From Thermodesulfobacteriota bacterium (GTDB lineage: Bacteria; Desulfobacterota; Desulfarculia; JACQYL01): a stretch of DNA of 64,000 bases. Numbering within the stretch: the first letter of the stretch is position 1; every line of letters begins with the position of its first letter. Positions 1 through 9,418 of the stretch are shown in pieces. A model generated the notes under the pieces. That model had not been told where the DNA came from. It made no database searches and saw only the letters and a list, made by a program, of their open reading frames with translations. The position numbers and the translations under genes are program-made. The stretch lies in contig CAXXLZ010000002.1 in NCBI GenBank assembly GCA_963675595.2, positions 3,968,001 through 4,032,000 on the forward strand. Reading direction: 5' to 3'.

Positions 1-46
1 TTCGGAGCTCTCGGATCGCGGGACGGGGGATCGAACTGAAAAAAGC

Positions 47-514
47 ATGCTGGGGATTGAAGGCAACTATCTTATTTTTTCCATGGCCGATCAGGAATAC
101 GGTGTCGGAATTCTGTCCGTCAGAGAAATTATTGGAATGATGTCCATTACTTCCATCCCGAGAGCGCCTTCATATGTCAAAGGAGTAATCAATCTCCGCG
201 GCCGCGTTATTCCAGTGGTGGATCTTCGACTTAAGTTCGGTCTCGAGCCCGTGGAATACGATGCGCGTACGTCCATCGTGGTGCTGGATATCCGGGGTCC
301 CAAGAGCATGTTTCAGGTGGGCATGATCGTCGACGCCGTTTCGGACGTATCCAACATTCGGGCGGAGGATACGGAAGAATCCCCTCGTTTTGGGCTGGGC
401 GGCAACACGAGCTACATCCTGTCCATGGCCAAAATGGAAGGGGGCGTCAAGGTATTGCTGGATGTGGACGTGCTTTTCGGGGGAATGGAATCGCTCGGCG
501 TGTCCGGCGCTTGA
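47..514 (+). CDS. cheW: Chemotaxis coupling protein CheW
   Basis: YLIFSMADQEYGVGILSVREII...IPRAPSYVKGVINLRGRVIPVVDLRLKF...VGMIVDAVSDV, classic CheW signature. Confidence 0.95.
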   Translation: MLGIEGNYLIFSMADQEYGVGILSVREIIGMMSITSIPRAPSYVKGVINLRGRVIPVVDLRLKFGLEPVEYDARTSIVVLDIRGPKSMFQVGMIVDAVSDVSNIRAEDTEESPRFGLGGNTSYILSMAKMEGGVKVLLDVDVLFGGMESLGVSGA

Positions 515-588
515 AGCAACCGAGACTGGGCGGGAGAGCCGGTTGGGCGCGAGCTTAAGGCCGCCGGCCGCTCCCGGAACGGCGAGGC

Positions 589-1056
589 TCAATTGACTTC
601 GATGATTTCCATCTTCTGAATGCCGCCCGGAGAGCGGAATTCAACGACGTCCCCTTCTTCTTTGCCCAGCATGGCCCGCCCCAGAGGGGAGCTGAAAGAT
701 ATGGTCCCTTCGTTGGGATCGGAATCGTAAGGCCCGAGCACCCGGTACTGCTTCTCTTCGCCCGTGGACAGGTTTTCGATGGTGACCCGGGCGCCGAAGA
801 CTACACGATCCTTGGGAGTCGAATCAGGGTCTACGACTTCGCAAGTGGCGATTTTGTTCTTGAGTTCATTGATTCTCGCTCGCAGCAGCCCGTTGGTTTC
901 CTGTGCTGCATGGTATTCGGCGTTTTCGGAGAGGTCTCCGTGGCCTCGAGCGGTTTCGATATCCTTAATGTTCTGAGGAAGGCGGACCTTGATAATATGA
1001 TCAAGCTCGCGACGGAGCTTTTCGCAGCCTTCGGGAGAAATAGGGATACGTTCCAT
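589..1056 (-). CDS. greA: Transcription elongation factor GreA
   Basis: ARGHGDLSENAEYHAA motif, C-terminal ISFSSPLGRAMLGKEEGD. Confidence 0.97.
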   Translation of the reverse strand: MERIPISPEGCEKLRRELDHIIKVRLPQNIKDIETARGHGDLSENAEYHAAQETNGLLRARINELKNKIATCEVVDPDSTPKDRVVFGARVTIENLSTGEEKQYRVLGPYDSDPNEGTISFSSPLGRAMLGKEEGDVVEFRSPGGIQKMEIIEVN

Positions 1057-1397
1057 GAGCTTTACCTGTTTGTTGCTTTTGGTTGAAAAGTAAATCGGCC
1101 CTTCCGCGCTTCAAAGCGCCCTATGGGGTGTCGGGAAGGTTCGCTCCGAAAAATGAGAAACGCCGTGAGAGGCACGGCGAAGGACATCTTGACTTGCGCA
1201 TGTTTTGAAAAACCGGAAGATCAGTTTACCCAAAAATGTATGCTTTGCAACAAAAAACGGAAAGGTGTCGGTCGGTGAGAACTTGACAAACGCTCCGTGT
1301 CGTAGCATATACGGCGTCTGCGCGAGAGGGCGTTCCCGCAAGTCCGAATTCCGTATCGTCGAAAGTCCCACCGAAATCTTGTTCGAGGAGCTTCAGT

Positions 1398-2942
1398 TTG
1401 ATCTGCGTTTCCATAACCGAAAAGACCACCAGGGAAGCTGTCCGGGTCGCCGAGTCGCTGCCTCCCGAAGTGGAGCTGGTGGAAGTGAGAGGGGACCTGA
1501 TCCAGGACATCGACGTGGATGCGATCCTCGGCTCGATTTCTCGGCGCGTAATTTTTACCGTCAGGTGTCTCGAACAGGGGGGAGCTTTTACCGGGAGTGA
1601 AGAAGAACGGGTGAATTTGCTCCTACGCGCCAAACGGTCGGGTGCGGCTTACGTGGACGTGGAATCATGCACAGCGGAGGAACTGAAGCGGCAGGTGCTC
1701 ACCGGACCTGGAGACGCCAAGGTGATTCTTTCATTCCACGATTTCCTCGGGACGCCGACGGACCTGTTTGCCTTGGCCAGAGAGCTGTATCGGGAGCCTG
1801 TGGATGTAGTGAAAATCGTTACCTTTGCGAGGACCCTCGAGGACAACTTTCGCATTTTCAGGCTGCTCAGGCACATGAAGGGCCGGATGGTCGCTCACGC
1901 CATGGGAGAACTGGGTTTCATCAGCAGGATTTTGGCTCCCAAGTTCGGCTCCTTGTGGACCTATACCTATCTACAGGGCGCTTCCCCCGCAGCGCCGGGA
2001 CAGATCGATCTGGATACGCTGTTGGACGTCTATCACGCCCATCGGGTCAAGCCGGATACGGATGTCTATGCCATCCTCGGCAATCCGGTGGGGCATTCCT
2101 ACTCTCCGCACATGCATAACGCCGCCTTTCGGCATTACGACCTGAACGCGGTTTATGTTCCGGTGAAGGTTTCCGACCTTACTTCGGTTCTTTCCTTTTT
2201 TGGAGACATGGGCGTGAAAGGCTGCAGCGTCACCATTCCGTTCAAAGTCACCATCATGGACTACCTGGATTCCGTCACGTATTTGGCCGGGAAAATGGGA
2301 GCGACCAACACGGTCACGGTCAGGGACGGTCGGCTGCTGGGAAGCAACACCGACGGCCTGGGAGCCTTAAGAACGATTCAAGCGGCGGGTATCCAGTTGA
2401 CCGGAGCCAATGTGGTCATTTTGGGAGCCGGCGGGTCCGCACGCGCCGTTGGGTACGCGCTGGGCTCGGCGCTGCGGCTCGGCTCTCTCACGTATGCGTC
2501 ACGAAGACCGGACCAAGCCAAGATTCTCATTAAGGAATTGTTTCCTCACTCTTCAAGAAAGATGCAAGCTTGCGGTTTTTCCGAGGTAGAACTGGGCAGA
2601 GCCATGGCACAAGCGGACCTGGTAATCAACTGTACGCCGGTCGGCATGCACCCCCATGGGGATGATACTCCCGTGCCTTCGCACCTCTTGCGGGAGAAGC
2701 CCGTGGTTTTCGACATCGTTTACCACCCGTTGGCGACCAGGTTATTGAAGGAAGCCCGGGCTGCGGGTTGTCTAACTCTCAATGGACTCGAAATGCTGGT
2801 TCACCAGGGAGCGGCGCAGTTTGAAACCTGGACCGGACGGAGAGCGCCTTTCAAAGTGATGCTGGAGGCGGTGCTTAGACGTGTCGAAAACGTCGGCGGC
2901 AACCTCGAACTTCCCCTAAGCCGCGATCCCTTCTCCTCGTAA
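1398..2942 (+). CDS. aroE: Bifunctional type I 3-dehydroquinate dehydratase / shikimate dehydrogenase (AroD-AroE fusion)
   Basis: N-half: VEVRGD, ILSFHDF, VVKIVT, AMGELGFISR, APGQ (type I DHQase). C-half: GNPVGHSYSPHMHN, SVTIPFK, NTDGLG, LGAGGSARA, NCTPVGM, DIVYHP. TTG start with GAGGAG RBS. Confidence 0.93.
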   Translation: MICVSITEKTTREAVRVAESLPPEVELVEVRGDLIQDIDVDAILGSISRRVIFTVRCLEQGGAFTGSEEERVNLLLRAKRSGAAYVDVESCTAEELKRQVLTGPGDAKVILSFHDFLGTPTDLFALARELYREPVDVVKIVTFARTLEDNFRIFRLLRHMKGRMVAHAMGELGFISRILAPKFGSLWTYTYLQGASPAAPGQIDLDTLLDVYHAHRVKPDTDVYAILGNPVGHSYSPHMHNAAFRHYDLNAVYVPVKVSDLTSVLSFFGDMGVKGCSVTIPFKVTIMDYLDSVTYLAGKMGATNTVTVRDGRLLGSNTDGLGALRTIQAAGIQLTGANVVILGAGGSARAVGYALGSALRLGSLTYASRRPDQAKILIKELFPHSSRKMQACGFSEVELGRAMAQADLVINCTPVGMHPHGDDTPVPSHLLREKPVVFDIVYHPLATRLLKEARAAGCLTLNGLEMLVHQGAAQFETWTGRRAPFKVMLEAVLRRVENVGGNLELPLSRDPFSS

Positions 2943-2945
2943 AAA

Positions 2946-2975
2946 TTCACATTTCCGTGAGATTTCCTCCTTCAC
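2946..2975 (+). promoter_or_regulatory. Possible OmpR/PhoB-type direct-repeat operator upstream of the EAL-CBS-GGDEF gene
   Basis: TTCACATTTCC-GTGAGATTTCC repeat with 11-bp period, a further TTCAC, then an AT-rich TTAATTAATTAA tract. Confidence 0.3.
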
Positions 2976-3072
2976 TTCGGATCATTAATTAATTAACCGA
3001 GTCTTAAAGCGGTTTCAAGGGAGCGCTGGAAGACCCGCCGCACCCGCCCTCGACCGAAGAGGAGCTTCCGTC

Positions 3073-4866
3073 GTGAAATCCTTCGTCCGTCTGAGGTATT
3101 CGACCATCGAGGCAGGACAGGACGACCATTATCAGTCCCTGGCTGACATTCTGGCGTTTCGGAAGATTTATACGGTGTTTCAACCGATCTTCCATCTTCA
3201 GACGGGGGACCTTTTCAGCTACGAAGCGCTGAGCCGAGTGGAAGGTGCTTCTCCTTTCTCAGGTCCGGAACATCTGTTTCAAGTCGCCCAAAGACATCGG
3301 CTCACCCCGGAATTGGAGAAACTTTGCAGTTCCAAGGCCCTGAATCGGGCACGGCGATTGGGGATTGAAGAGCCCTTGTCCTTCAATGTGTGCCCCTCCC
3401 TCCTCAGCTCTCCAAACAGCGCAACCGAGGGCGTGTTTACCGGCATCGAGGACCTGATTGCGGTTCGGGATCGGATCATTCTGGAAATCACGGAACGCTA
3501 CTACATCGAAGACAACGAACGTTTCATTAAAGCAGTGGATTATTATCGAGATATGGGTTTCAGGATCGCCGTGGACGACCTCGGGTCCGGATTTGCCGGT
3601 CTTAAAATGCTTTCCAGGATCGAGCCGTTCATGGTCAAAATCGATCGATTCCTCATAGCGGATATTCATCGCTCCACCAAAAAGCAAATGCTGCTGGAAT
3701 CTCTCGTGTCCTTTTGTCACAAGATCAATGCGTTGGTGGTGGCGGAAGGTATTGAAACGAAAGAAGAACTGGAAGTGGTTTGCTCCATGCAAGTGGATTT
3801 GGGGCAAGGATATTTCTTGGGGCGTCCGGATCGCGAACTTCCGGACGACACTCGCTTTCAGAAAAACCTAATTTCGCAATTCGCAGGGAACACCACCACG
3901 GAGGGCATCAGCGGCAATCTCATCGGTTCTCTATCCCGGCACGTCAAGTCGCTGTCCTTACAGGACAACGTTTCAAAGGTAGTGGAACGCTTCAAGCAGG
4001 ACCAGACCCTGACCGCCATACCGGTTCTTGAAGGCCGTCGGCCGGTGGGCGTGATTCACAAAGCCAAACTGTTCTATCAGCTCGGGCAGCGGTTCGGATA
4101 TGATCTGTTCCACAAGAAGCCTCTAAAAACCATCATGAAGTCCCCGTTTGTGTTCGAGTCGGATACTCCCCTTGAAGAGGTTTCCCGAAAGATCCTCGCC
4201 CGTGATGAAACCTCTGTTTATGATGCCGTTCTTGTGGTGAGGAACGGTGTTTACCTCGGGGTGGTCAAGATTCATCATATTCTGGAACGGCTCACCGAGC
4301 AGAAGATCAATCTTGCCATCGAGGCCAATCCGCTCACCGGGCTTCCCGGAAACAATCAGATCAAGGAAGAGATTGCGCGGTGCCTTGGAATCGACCGGGT
4401 CTTTGCCGTAATGTACTTCGACTTGGACAACTTCAAGCCTTTCAACGACAACTTCGGTTTCGAGGAAGGGGACCGTGTTCTAAGGTTTCTGGGAAACTTG
4501 CTCAAAGACAGCATAACGCATTGGGATCCCCAGGGATTCGTAGGCCATGTCGGAGGAGACGATTTCGTCGCGGTGTGCAAGCCGTTCGAGGTTGAACGTA
4601 TCTGTAAAATGATCATTGAGCGATTTGATAGGGAAAGCGACCGATTTCATGATTCTTCGGCGGCAGAGTCCGGATACTACGAGAGCTGCGACCGCATGGG
4701 CAACATCCAGAGATTTCCTCTTCTATCGCTTTCCATCGGCGTGGTGGCCACAAGTCTCAGAAAATTCAATTCTTACGGACATCTTGTGTCCGTAGCCTCG
4801 GAAGTGAAAAAAAAGGCAAAAAACTTGCCCGGGAGCAGCTATTACGTCGACAAACGTCGGCTGTAA
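3073..4866 (+). CDS. EAL-CBS-GGDEF cyclic-di-GMP phosphodiesterase/diguanylate cyclase
   Basis: YEALSR, DDLGSGFAGL, VKIDR, VVAEGIET, QGYFLGRP (EAL); CBS pair; NPLTGLPGN, DLDNFKPFND, GHVGGDDF (GGDEF). GTG start with GAGGAG RBS. Confidence 0.93.
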   Translation: MKSFVRLRYSTIEAGQDDHYQSLADILAFRKIYTVFQPIFHLQTGDLFSYEALSRVEGASPFSGPEHLFQVAQRHRLTPELEKLCSSKALNRARRLGIEEPLSFNVCPSLLSSPNSATEGVFTGIEDLIAVRDRIILEITERYYIEDNERFIKAVDYYRDMGFRIAVDDLGSGFAGLKMLSRIEPFMVKIDRFLIADIHRSTKKQMLLESLVSFCHKINALVVAEGIETKEELEVVCSMQVDLGQGYFLGRPDRELPDDTRFQKNLISQFAGNTTTEGISGNLIGSLSRHVKSLSLQDNVSKVVERFKQDQTLTAIPVLEGRRPVGVIHKAKLFYQLGQRFGYDLFHKKPLKTIMKSPFVFESDTPLEEVSRKILARDETSVYDAVLVVRNGVYLGVVKIHHILERLTEQKINLAIEANPLTGLPGNNQIKEEIARCLGIDRVFAVMYFDLDNFKPFNDNFGFEEGDRVLRFLGNLLKDSITHWDPQGFVGHVGGDDFVAVCKPFEVERICKMIIERFDRESDRFHDSSAAESGYYESCDRMGNIQRFPLLSLSIGVVATSLRKFNSYGHLVSVASEVKKKAKNLPGSSYYVDKRRL

Positions 4867-4908
4867 AATGGGCCGGCTTCGCTGAACGGAACTCTCGTTC
4901 CCGACCGT

Positions 4909-5313
4909 TTACGGCTGCCGCCGATAGAATTCCAGAATTCCTCTGAGCTCTTCCTCAAGCTCCGGAGACCAAACGTTTCTCCAGGCCTCTTTTTCCCAGA
5001 CTTTCATCGATTCCACCTGGATCACATTGTAGTTCGGGTTCTTCCGTCCCGTTACGTAAACGGTTTGATTCAGGTGACGAGCTAGAACGCCCCGATTGAG
5101 ATTGGGCAACAAGTACCAGGAGCCGTCTTCCAGGTAGAGAACGAAGCTGCTTTCCAGGGCCGCCATGGGGTCTTCCATGTTCACGGGGCAGACTTCGCCC
5201 GTGAGGACGCAGTTCAGTCCCTGAATGGTTCCTTCCCATTCCCCTCCGCGTGCCGAAGTCGCGGAAAGCAACAACAGGCAAACCAACGGAAAAAATCTAA
5301 ATCCCCTCTTCAT
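4909..5313 (-). CDS. Hypothetical exported protein
   Basis: Sec-type signal peptide (MKRGFRFFPLVCLLLLSATSARG), beta-rich body with C-x6-CP motif. Confidence 0.75.
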   Translation of the reverse strand: MKRGFRFFPLVCLLLLSATSARGGEWEGTIQGLNCVLTGEVCPVNMEDPMAALESSFVLYLEDGSWYLLPNLNRGVLARHLNQTVYVTGRKNPNYNVIQVESMKVWEKEAWRNVWSPELEEELRGILEFYRRQP

Positions 5314-6166
5314 TTCAAGACTCCAGGTGTTGAGGCTGGTCCGGTCGGAATGCGCTCCGAGAATCCGACGCCGCCGGCGAGCACTTCATTCGTGCGCGGC
5401 ACCTTCGGTGCGTCTACCTGCGGTTCCGGGCTCGGGCAACGTTTATCCGCAATCCGCGGGCTATTCAGGAGGTACATAACGGACGAGAATGTATGAGGAA
5501 GCCACTGAAAAGCCCTTGTCCCTTCTCTTGTAGACAGGTGCGGAGGCACTATTCACGGAATCGTCGGGCTTGCTCTCCCGGAAGTTTGAGTACCCCTTCA
5601 GCGGGGAAGTTTTTCTTAGAAATTCCCGGGAAAGATCCTTTTTTGCATCTTATCCTAAGGGCCGCTTCTAAGCAATCAGGTTTGCAGGGCGGGATCGGAC
5701 GGAGTCCCTTTCGGCCGGTCGTTTCGGAGCCTTGACGAGGAAGATCATCCTCTTCTTTACATTCCCGAAAAAATTGGATAATCGTATTTTTTGCTTTCCG
5801 GACGATGAATCCGTCGAACAACCGGCAAACAAGGCATGGCGGGCCTCCGGGTGAACCCCGGATGAATGTCCGGACGGATTTCCGGTCATATCCACTCCCT
5901 CTTTCCATGGGAGCACGCCATGCAGCGGCCGGCTCGGAGAGCGGAAAGGCGTTCCCGAGAGCCGAGCAGCGCGTGGGGACTATTATGCAGACGTCCGAAC
6001 CGCAGGCGGGGTAAGGTTCGGGCGTTTCCTCCGTTGAGCCCTGAGCAACCGTGTTCAGCAGCGAAAGCATCGTCGGGATCGGCTGATGAGCCGGGCCTAA
6101 GGCTTGTAGGATCGGCCGTGTACCTCTTCCGCGCGGTTGGTTTATCCTTTTCCGGAAATATCGCCC

Positions 6167-6793
6167 ATGGACTCAGAAAGTTTCGAAAACGTGACCGGTG
6201 TGGTTTTGGCGGGCGGCAGAAGCAGCCGTTTCGGTGAGAACAAAGCCCTGGCCAAACTGGATGGGAAAACGCTGATCGAGTGCATTGTGTCCGGTCTGGC
6301 CTCTTTGTTTCCTCGGCTGTTGATCGTTACCAACCAGCCGGAAGAGTTTCGTTTTCTGGGAATTGAAACGGCGGAAGACGCAGTCAAGGGACTGGGACCC
6401 ATAGGAGGCATCTTCACGGCGCTGAAGATTGCGACCGATCCCTATATTTTTGTGACCGCCTGCGACATGCCCGCTTTGAATTTTCGATTGATCCACCGGC
6501 TGGTGTCGCTGCGCGAATCCCACGACGTGGTAGTGCCCAGGATCGGTAAATGGTTGGAGCCACTCCACGCCGTTTACGGCCGGAGATGCCTGGAACCCAT
6601 TGAAGCGTTGGTGAGGACGAAGCAGTATCAGATACTGCGGCTTTTCCCCTCGGTAAGGGTGCGATTCGTGGAAAAAGAGGAGCTTGAACAAATGGACCCC
6701 GATCTGGGCTCGTTTTACAACATCAACACTCGGGAGGACTTAAGGCTTTTCCTGATGGGAAAGAAGCGGGACGCGGGGAAACCGTGCTCATAA
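6167..6793 (+). CDS. mobA: Molybdenum cofactor guanylyltransferase
   Basis: VVLAGGRSSRFGENKAL, GPIGGI, TACDMP, EPLHAVY, FYNINT; start placed at ATG 6167. Confidence 0.93.
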   Translation: MDSESFENVTGVVLAGGRSSRFGENKALAKLDGKTLIECIVSGLASLFPRLLIVTNQPEEFRFLGIETAEDAVKGLGPIGGIFTALKIATDPYIFVTACDMPALNFRLIHRLVSLRESHDVVVPRIGKWLEPLHAVYGRRCLEPIEALVRTKQYQILRLFPSVRVRFVEKEELEQMDPDLGSFYNINTREDLRLFLMGKKRDAGKPCS

Positions 6794-8001
6794 CCTTGCG
6801 GCACAAGATGACCCTGGTGGCGGTTCTCTACTTTTCGGAAGGATTCCCCTTCGGCACGGTCTGGGATGTGTTGCCCGTATATTTTCGTTTTTCCGGGGTT
6901 TCACTGGAGGCCATCGGTCTGTTGAGCCTGGCCGGGCTTCCCTGGACCTTCAAGTTCCTTTGGTCCCCATTGGTGGACTATTTCGGCCGAATTCGGGATT
7001 GGATCTGGTCCGTTCAGTTTCTTCTGGCCGCTTCGCTGGTTTCCTTCGCTTTCGTTGATCCCGCCGGGCCGTCGGTATGGTTGTGGGTCGCCATATTGGG
7101 CATTGCCACTTTGTCCGCGACACAAGATATTGCGATTGATGCGTACACCATCCGGATACTATCGCGCGAGCAGATGGGGTTTGCCAATGGTGTTCGGGTT
7201 TCCGCCTATCGCGCGGCGCTCATCGTTTCCGGAGGAGCTTTGGTGGCGGTGGCCGGATGGTTGGGATGGAACTTCGTTTTCTTGACCTCGGCCGGCGTGA
7301 TGGCCGCTTGTGGGGTTTTGGTACTTGGGATGCCGAGAACGGGGGATGTCCGGAACGATCATCCCTCGGATGTGTTTTGGAAGCCCTTCGTGGATTTCCT
7401 TGCACGGCCCAAGGCTGTCCGAGCTTTGCTGTTCGTGCTCCTTTTCAAGCTCGGAGACATGGCGATGGGCCCCATGGTCCGGCCCTTCTGGGTGGATCGC
7501 GGGTTGTCGACTTCGGAAATCGGCCTGATTACAGGGACGGTCGGTCTCCTGGCCGCGGTGGCCGGCGCCCTCGTTGGCGGTGCCTACACCAGCCGAAAGG
7601 GAATTTTCCGGGGACTTTGGGTATTAGGGCTGTGGCAGGCGGTAAGCAACCTCGGATACGCCGCTGTGGCACGGTTTCCGGAATCGGGGCATTGGGGGGT
7701 GTATGGAGCCTCGATGGTTGAGTCTTTTTGTGGCGGACTGGGCACCGCATCCTTTCTGGCCTATTTGATGGCGGTGTGCAGAAAAGACATGGCTGCGACC
7801 CAATATGCCCTCTTGACCGCGTTATTCGGGTTGGCACGAACGGTATCCGGAGTGTCGAGCGGTTGGGCTACGGTCCATCTGGGTTATGCCTCGTACTTTG
7901 GATTTACATTTTTTCTGGCATTGCCCGCTTATCTACTGCTGCCTTCGGCGAAAACATGGCTCGACCGGGCTCCCGGAGCCTCCGAGGAACATCAGGCATA
8001 G
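6784..8001 (+). CDS. ampG: AmpG-family MFS permease
   Basis: LYFSEGFPFG, LPWTFKFLWSPLVD, SATQDIAIDAY, FKLGD, ATQYALL; about 12 TM helices. Confidence 0.85.
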   Translation: MLITLRHKMTLVAVLYFSEGFPFGTVWDVLPVYFRFSGVSLEAIGLLSLAGLPWTFKFLWSPLVDYFGRIRDWIWSVQFLLAASLVSFAFVDPAGPSVWLWVAILGIATLSATQDIAIDAYTIRILSREQMGFANGVRVSAYRAALIVSGGALVAVAGWLGWNFVFLTSAGVMAACGVLVLGMPRTGDVRNDHPSDVFWKPFVDFLARPKAVRALLFVLLFKLGDMAMGPMVRPFWVDRGLSTSEIGLITGTVGLLAAVAGALVGGAYTSRKGIFRGLWVLGLWQAVSNLGYAAVARFPESGHWGVYGASMVESFCGGLGTASFLAYLMAVCRKDMAATQYALLTALFGLARTVSGVSSGWATVHLGYASYFGFTFFLALPAYLLLPSAKTWLDRAPGASEEHQA

Positions 8002-8096
8002 GGGTGCCGAGAGAGCCGCGGGAGTACGGTTTCGCACAACCTTTTTGTCGGGGTTCCGCAAACTTGCCCACGCGTATGGAAACAAGGGAGTATTGC

Positions 8097-9332
8097 ATGG
8101 AGGAGACCGCGGGCCGTCCACCCGCGGATCAGGCGACCCGACGGGCTCCGGAAGGAGACTCCGGGAACTCGGCCCTGGTCCGGCGCATCAAAAAGTATAT
8201 TTGGAGCCGTACACACCGGTTTCTGGCCATTTGCCCGCCCGGCCTCGAACCCGTGTGCAGGCGGGAACTGGAAGCGCTTGGGGTTCGGAACCTTTCGATG
8301 GCTCGAGGAGGCGTGGAATTCGAAGGTAGACTTGAATCGGCCTACTCTGCTAATCTCCATCTCCGATCGGCGAGTCGAGTGCTGATGAGATTCGCATTCT
8401 TTCGGGCGGGAGCTTATGAAGAGCTTTTTTCCCGTGCTTCCAAGCTGCCCTGGGAGACCGTGATCGACCCGAACTTGTCGCTTTCCTTTAATACCGTGCT
8501 TCGGCGGTCCCGGATCAGCCATTCGAGTAAGGCGGAAGAAGCCCTCAAAGATGCCGTCCGTCGGAGGTTTCAGGACGGTGGATTGTTCGTTGGGACCACT
8601 CCGCGGGAACCTCAGGAAATCTACCTGCGGGTTCAAGAGAACCAATGCCTTCTAAGCCTGGACACTACGGGATCGCATTTACGGTTCCGGGGATACCGTA
8701 CGGACGTGCGGCGGGCGCCTCTCCGCGAAAATCTGGCCGCCGGCTTATTGCTTTACCTGGATCGAAATCCGGATGCTCCGTTTCTGGACCCTATGTGCGG
8801 GTCAGGCACCATTCCGCTGGAAGCCGCCCTGATGGCAATGCGTCGTGCTCCGGGGTCGGACCGTTTTTTTGCTTTTATGAATTGGCCTTCATTCAGACAA
8901 CCGACGTGGGAGCATCTTCTCGGCCGAGCTCTAAACGCCGTAATGAAAGAGCCTCCTCCACGGTGCATGATTTTCGGTGCGGACGTCGACGAAGACGCGA
9001 TCGCGGCGGCCCGAGACAACGCGGGCCGTGCCGGAGCCGGAGCGTGGTGCTCCTTCGAACAGAAGGACTTTTTTTCTTCGAGGCCGCCTGCGGGCAAAGG
9101 TGCGCTGGCCGTCAACCCTCCCTATGGGAGGAGGGTTTCCGGTGATCAGGACCTCTCGCGATTCTATGCGGAGATCGGGGCGAAGCTCAGGGCGGACTAT
9201 GGAGGTTGGAAGATGCTTGTCTTGATTCCTTCGGAGGTGGAACCTTCGAAGCTCGGGATTGCCGCCGGCGAGACGATTCGACTCGATCATGGGGGAATCC
9301 GTATTCGAGCGGTGTTCGCTCGAGTTCCCTGA
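8097..9332 (+). CDS. THUMP-domain class I SAM-dependent RNA methyltransferase (RlmL/YpsC-like)
   Basis: CPPGLE, ANLHLRSASRVL, SLDTTGSHLRFRGYR, APLRENLAAGLL, DPMCGSGTIPLEA, NPPYG; ATG 8097 preceded by AAGGGAG (upstream part of the ORF overlaps ampG). Confidence 0.9.
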   Translation: MEETAGRPPADQATRRAPEGDSGNSALVRRIKKYIWSRTHRFLAICPPGLEPVCRRELEALGVRNLSMARGGVEFEGRLESAYSANLHLRSASRVLMRFAFFRAGAYEELFSRASKLPWETVIDPNLSLSFNTVLRRSRISHSSKAEEALKDAVRRRFQDGGLFVGTTPREPQEIYLRVQENQCLLSLDTTGSHLRFRGYRTDVRRAPLRENLAAGLLLYLDRNPDAPFLDPMCGSGTIPLEAALMAMRRAPGSDRFFAFMNWPSFRQPTWEHLLGRALNAVMKEPPPRCMIFGADVDEDAIAAARDNAGRAGAGAWCSFEQKDFFSSRPPAGKGALAVNPPYGRRVSGDQDLSRFYAEIGAKLRADYGGWKMLVLIPSEVEPSKLGIAAGETIRLDHGGIRIRAVFARVP

Positions 9333-9418
9333 AATCGGAAAGCCTCCAGTCCCGAAAAAAAGTCGGCAAAGCCGTTTGCGACATTATCTTACTAATTCGA
9401 ACAAAGCGAAATCATCTT

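Noticed and set aside
1283-1311. Sigma70 promoter for aroDE (perfect TTGACA)
   Set aside because: The best -10 (TAGCAT) is at a 14-nt spacer and the 17-nt-spaced hexamer CATATA is weak, so it is not supportable
6060-6150. Possible c-di-GMP-I (GEMM) riboswitch (minus strand TAAACC-AACC-GCGC-GGAA; plus strand CGGGCCTAAGG)
   Set aside because: The stem does not pair properly, and the GNRA loop and GACG(C/G)AAAGC junction are missing
7728-8096. Long N-terminal extensions of ORF-track calls (also cysC 9206, ExeA 35964, wza 31157, deacetylase 55649, thiolase 52489)
   Set aside because: They overlap upstream genes or lack an RBS; downstream starts match family N-termini
8977-9225. ORF containing VPEP as a potential PEP-CTERM substrate
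   Set aside because: Out-of-frame shadow ORF inside the methyltransferase gene, with no signal peptide or TM helix after the motif
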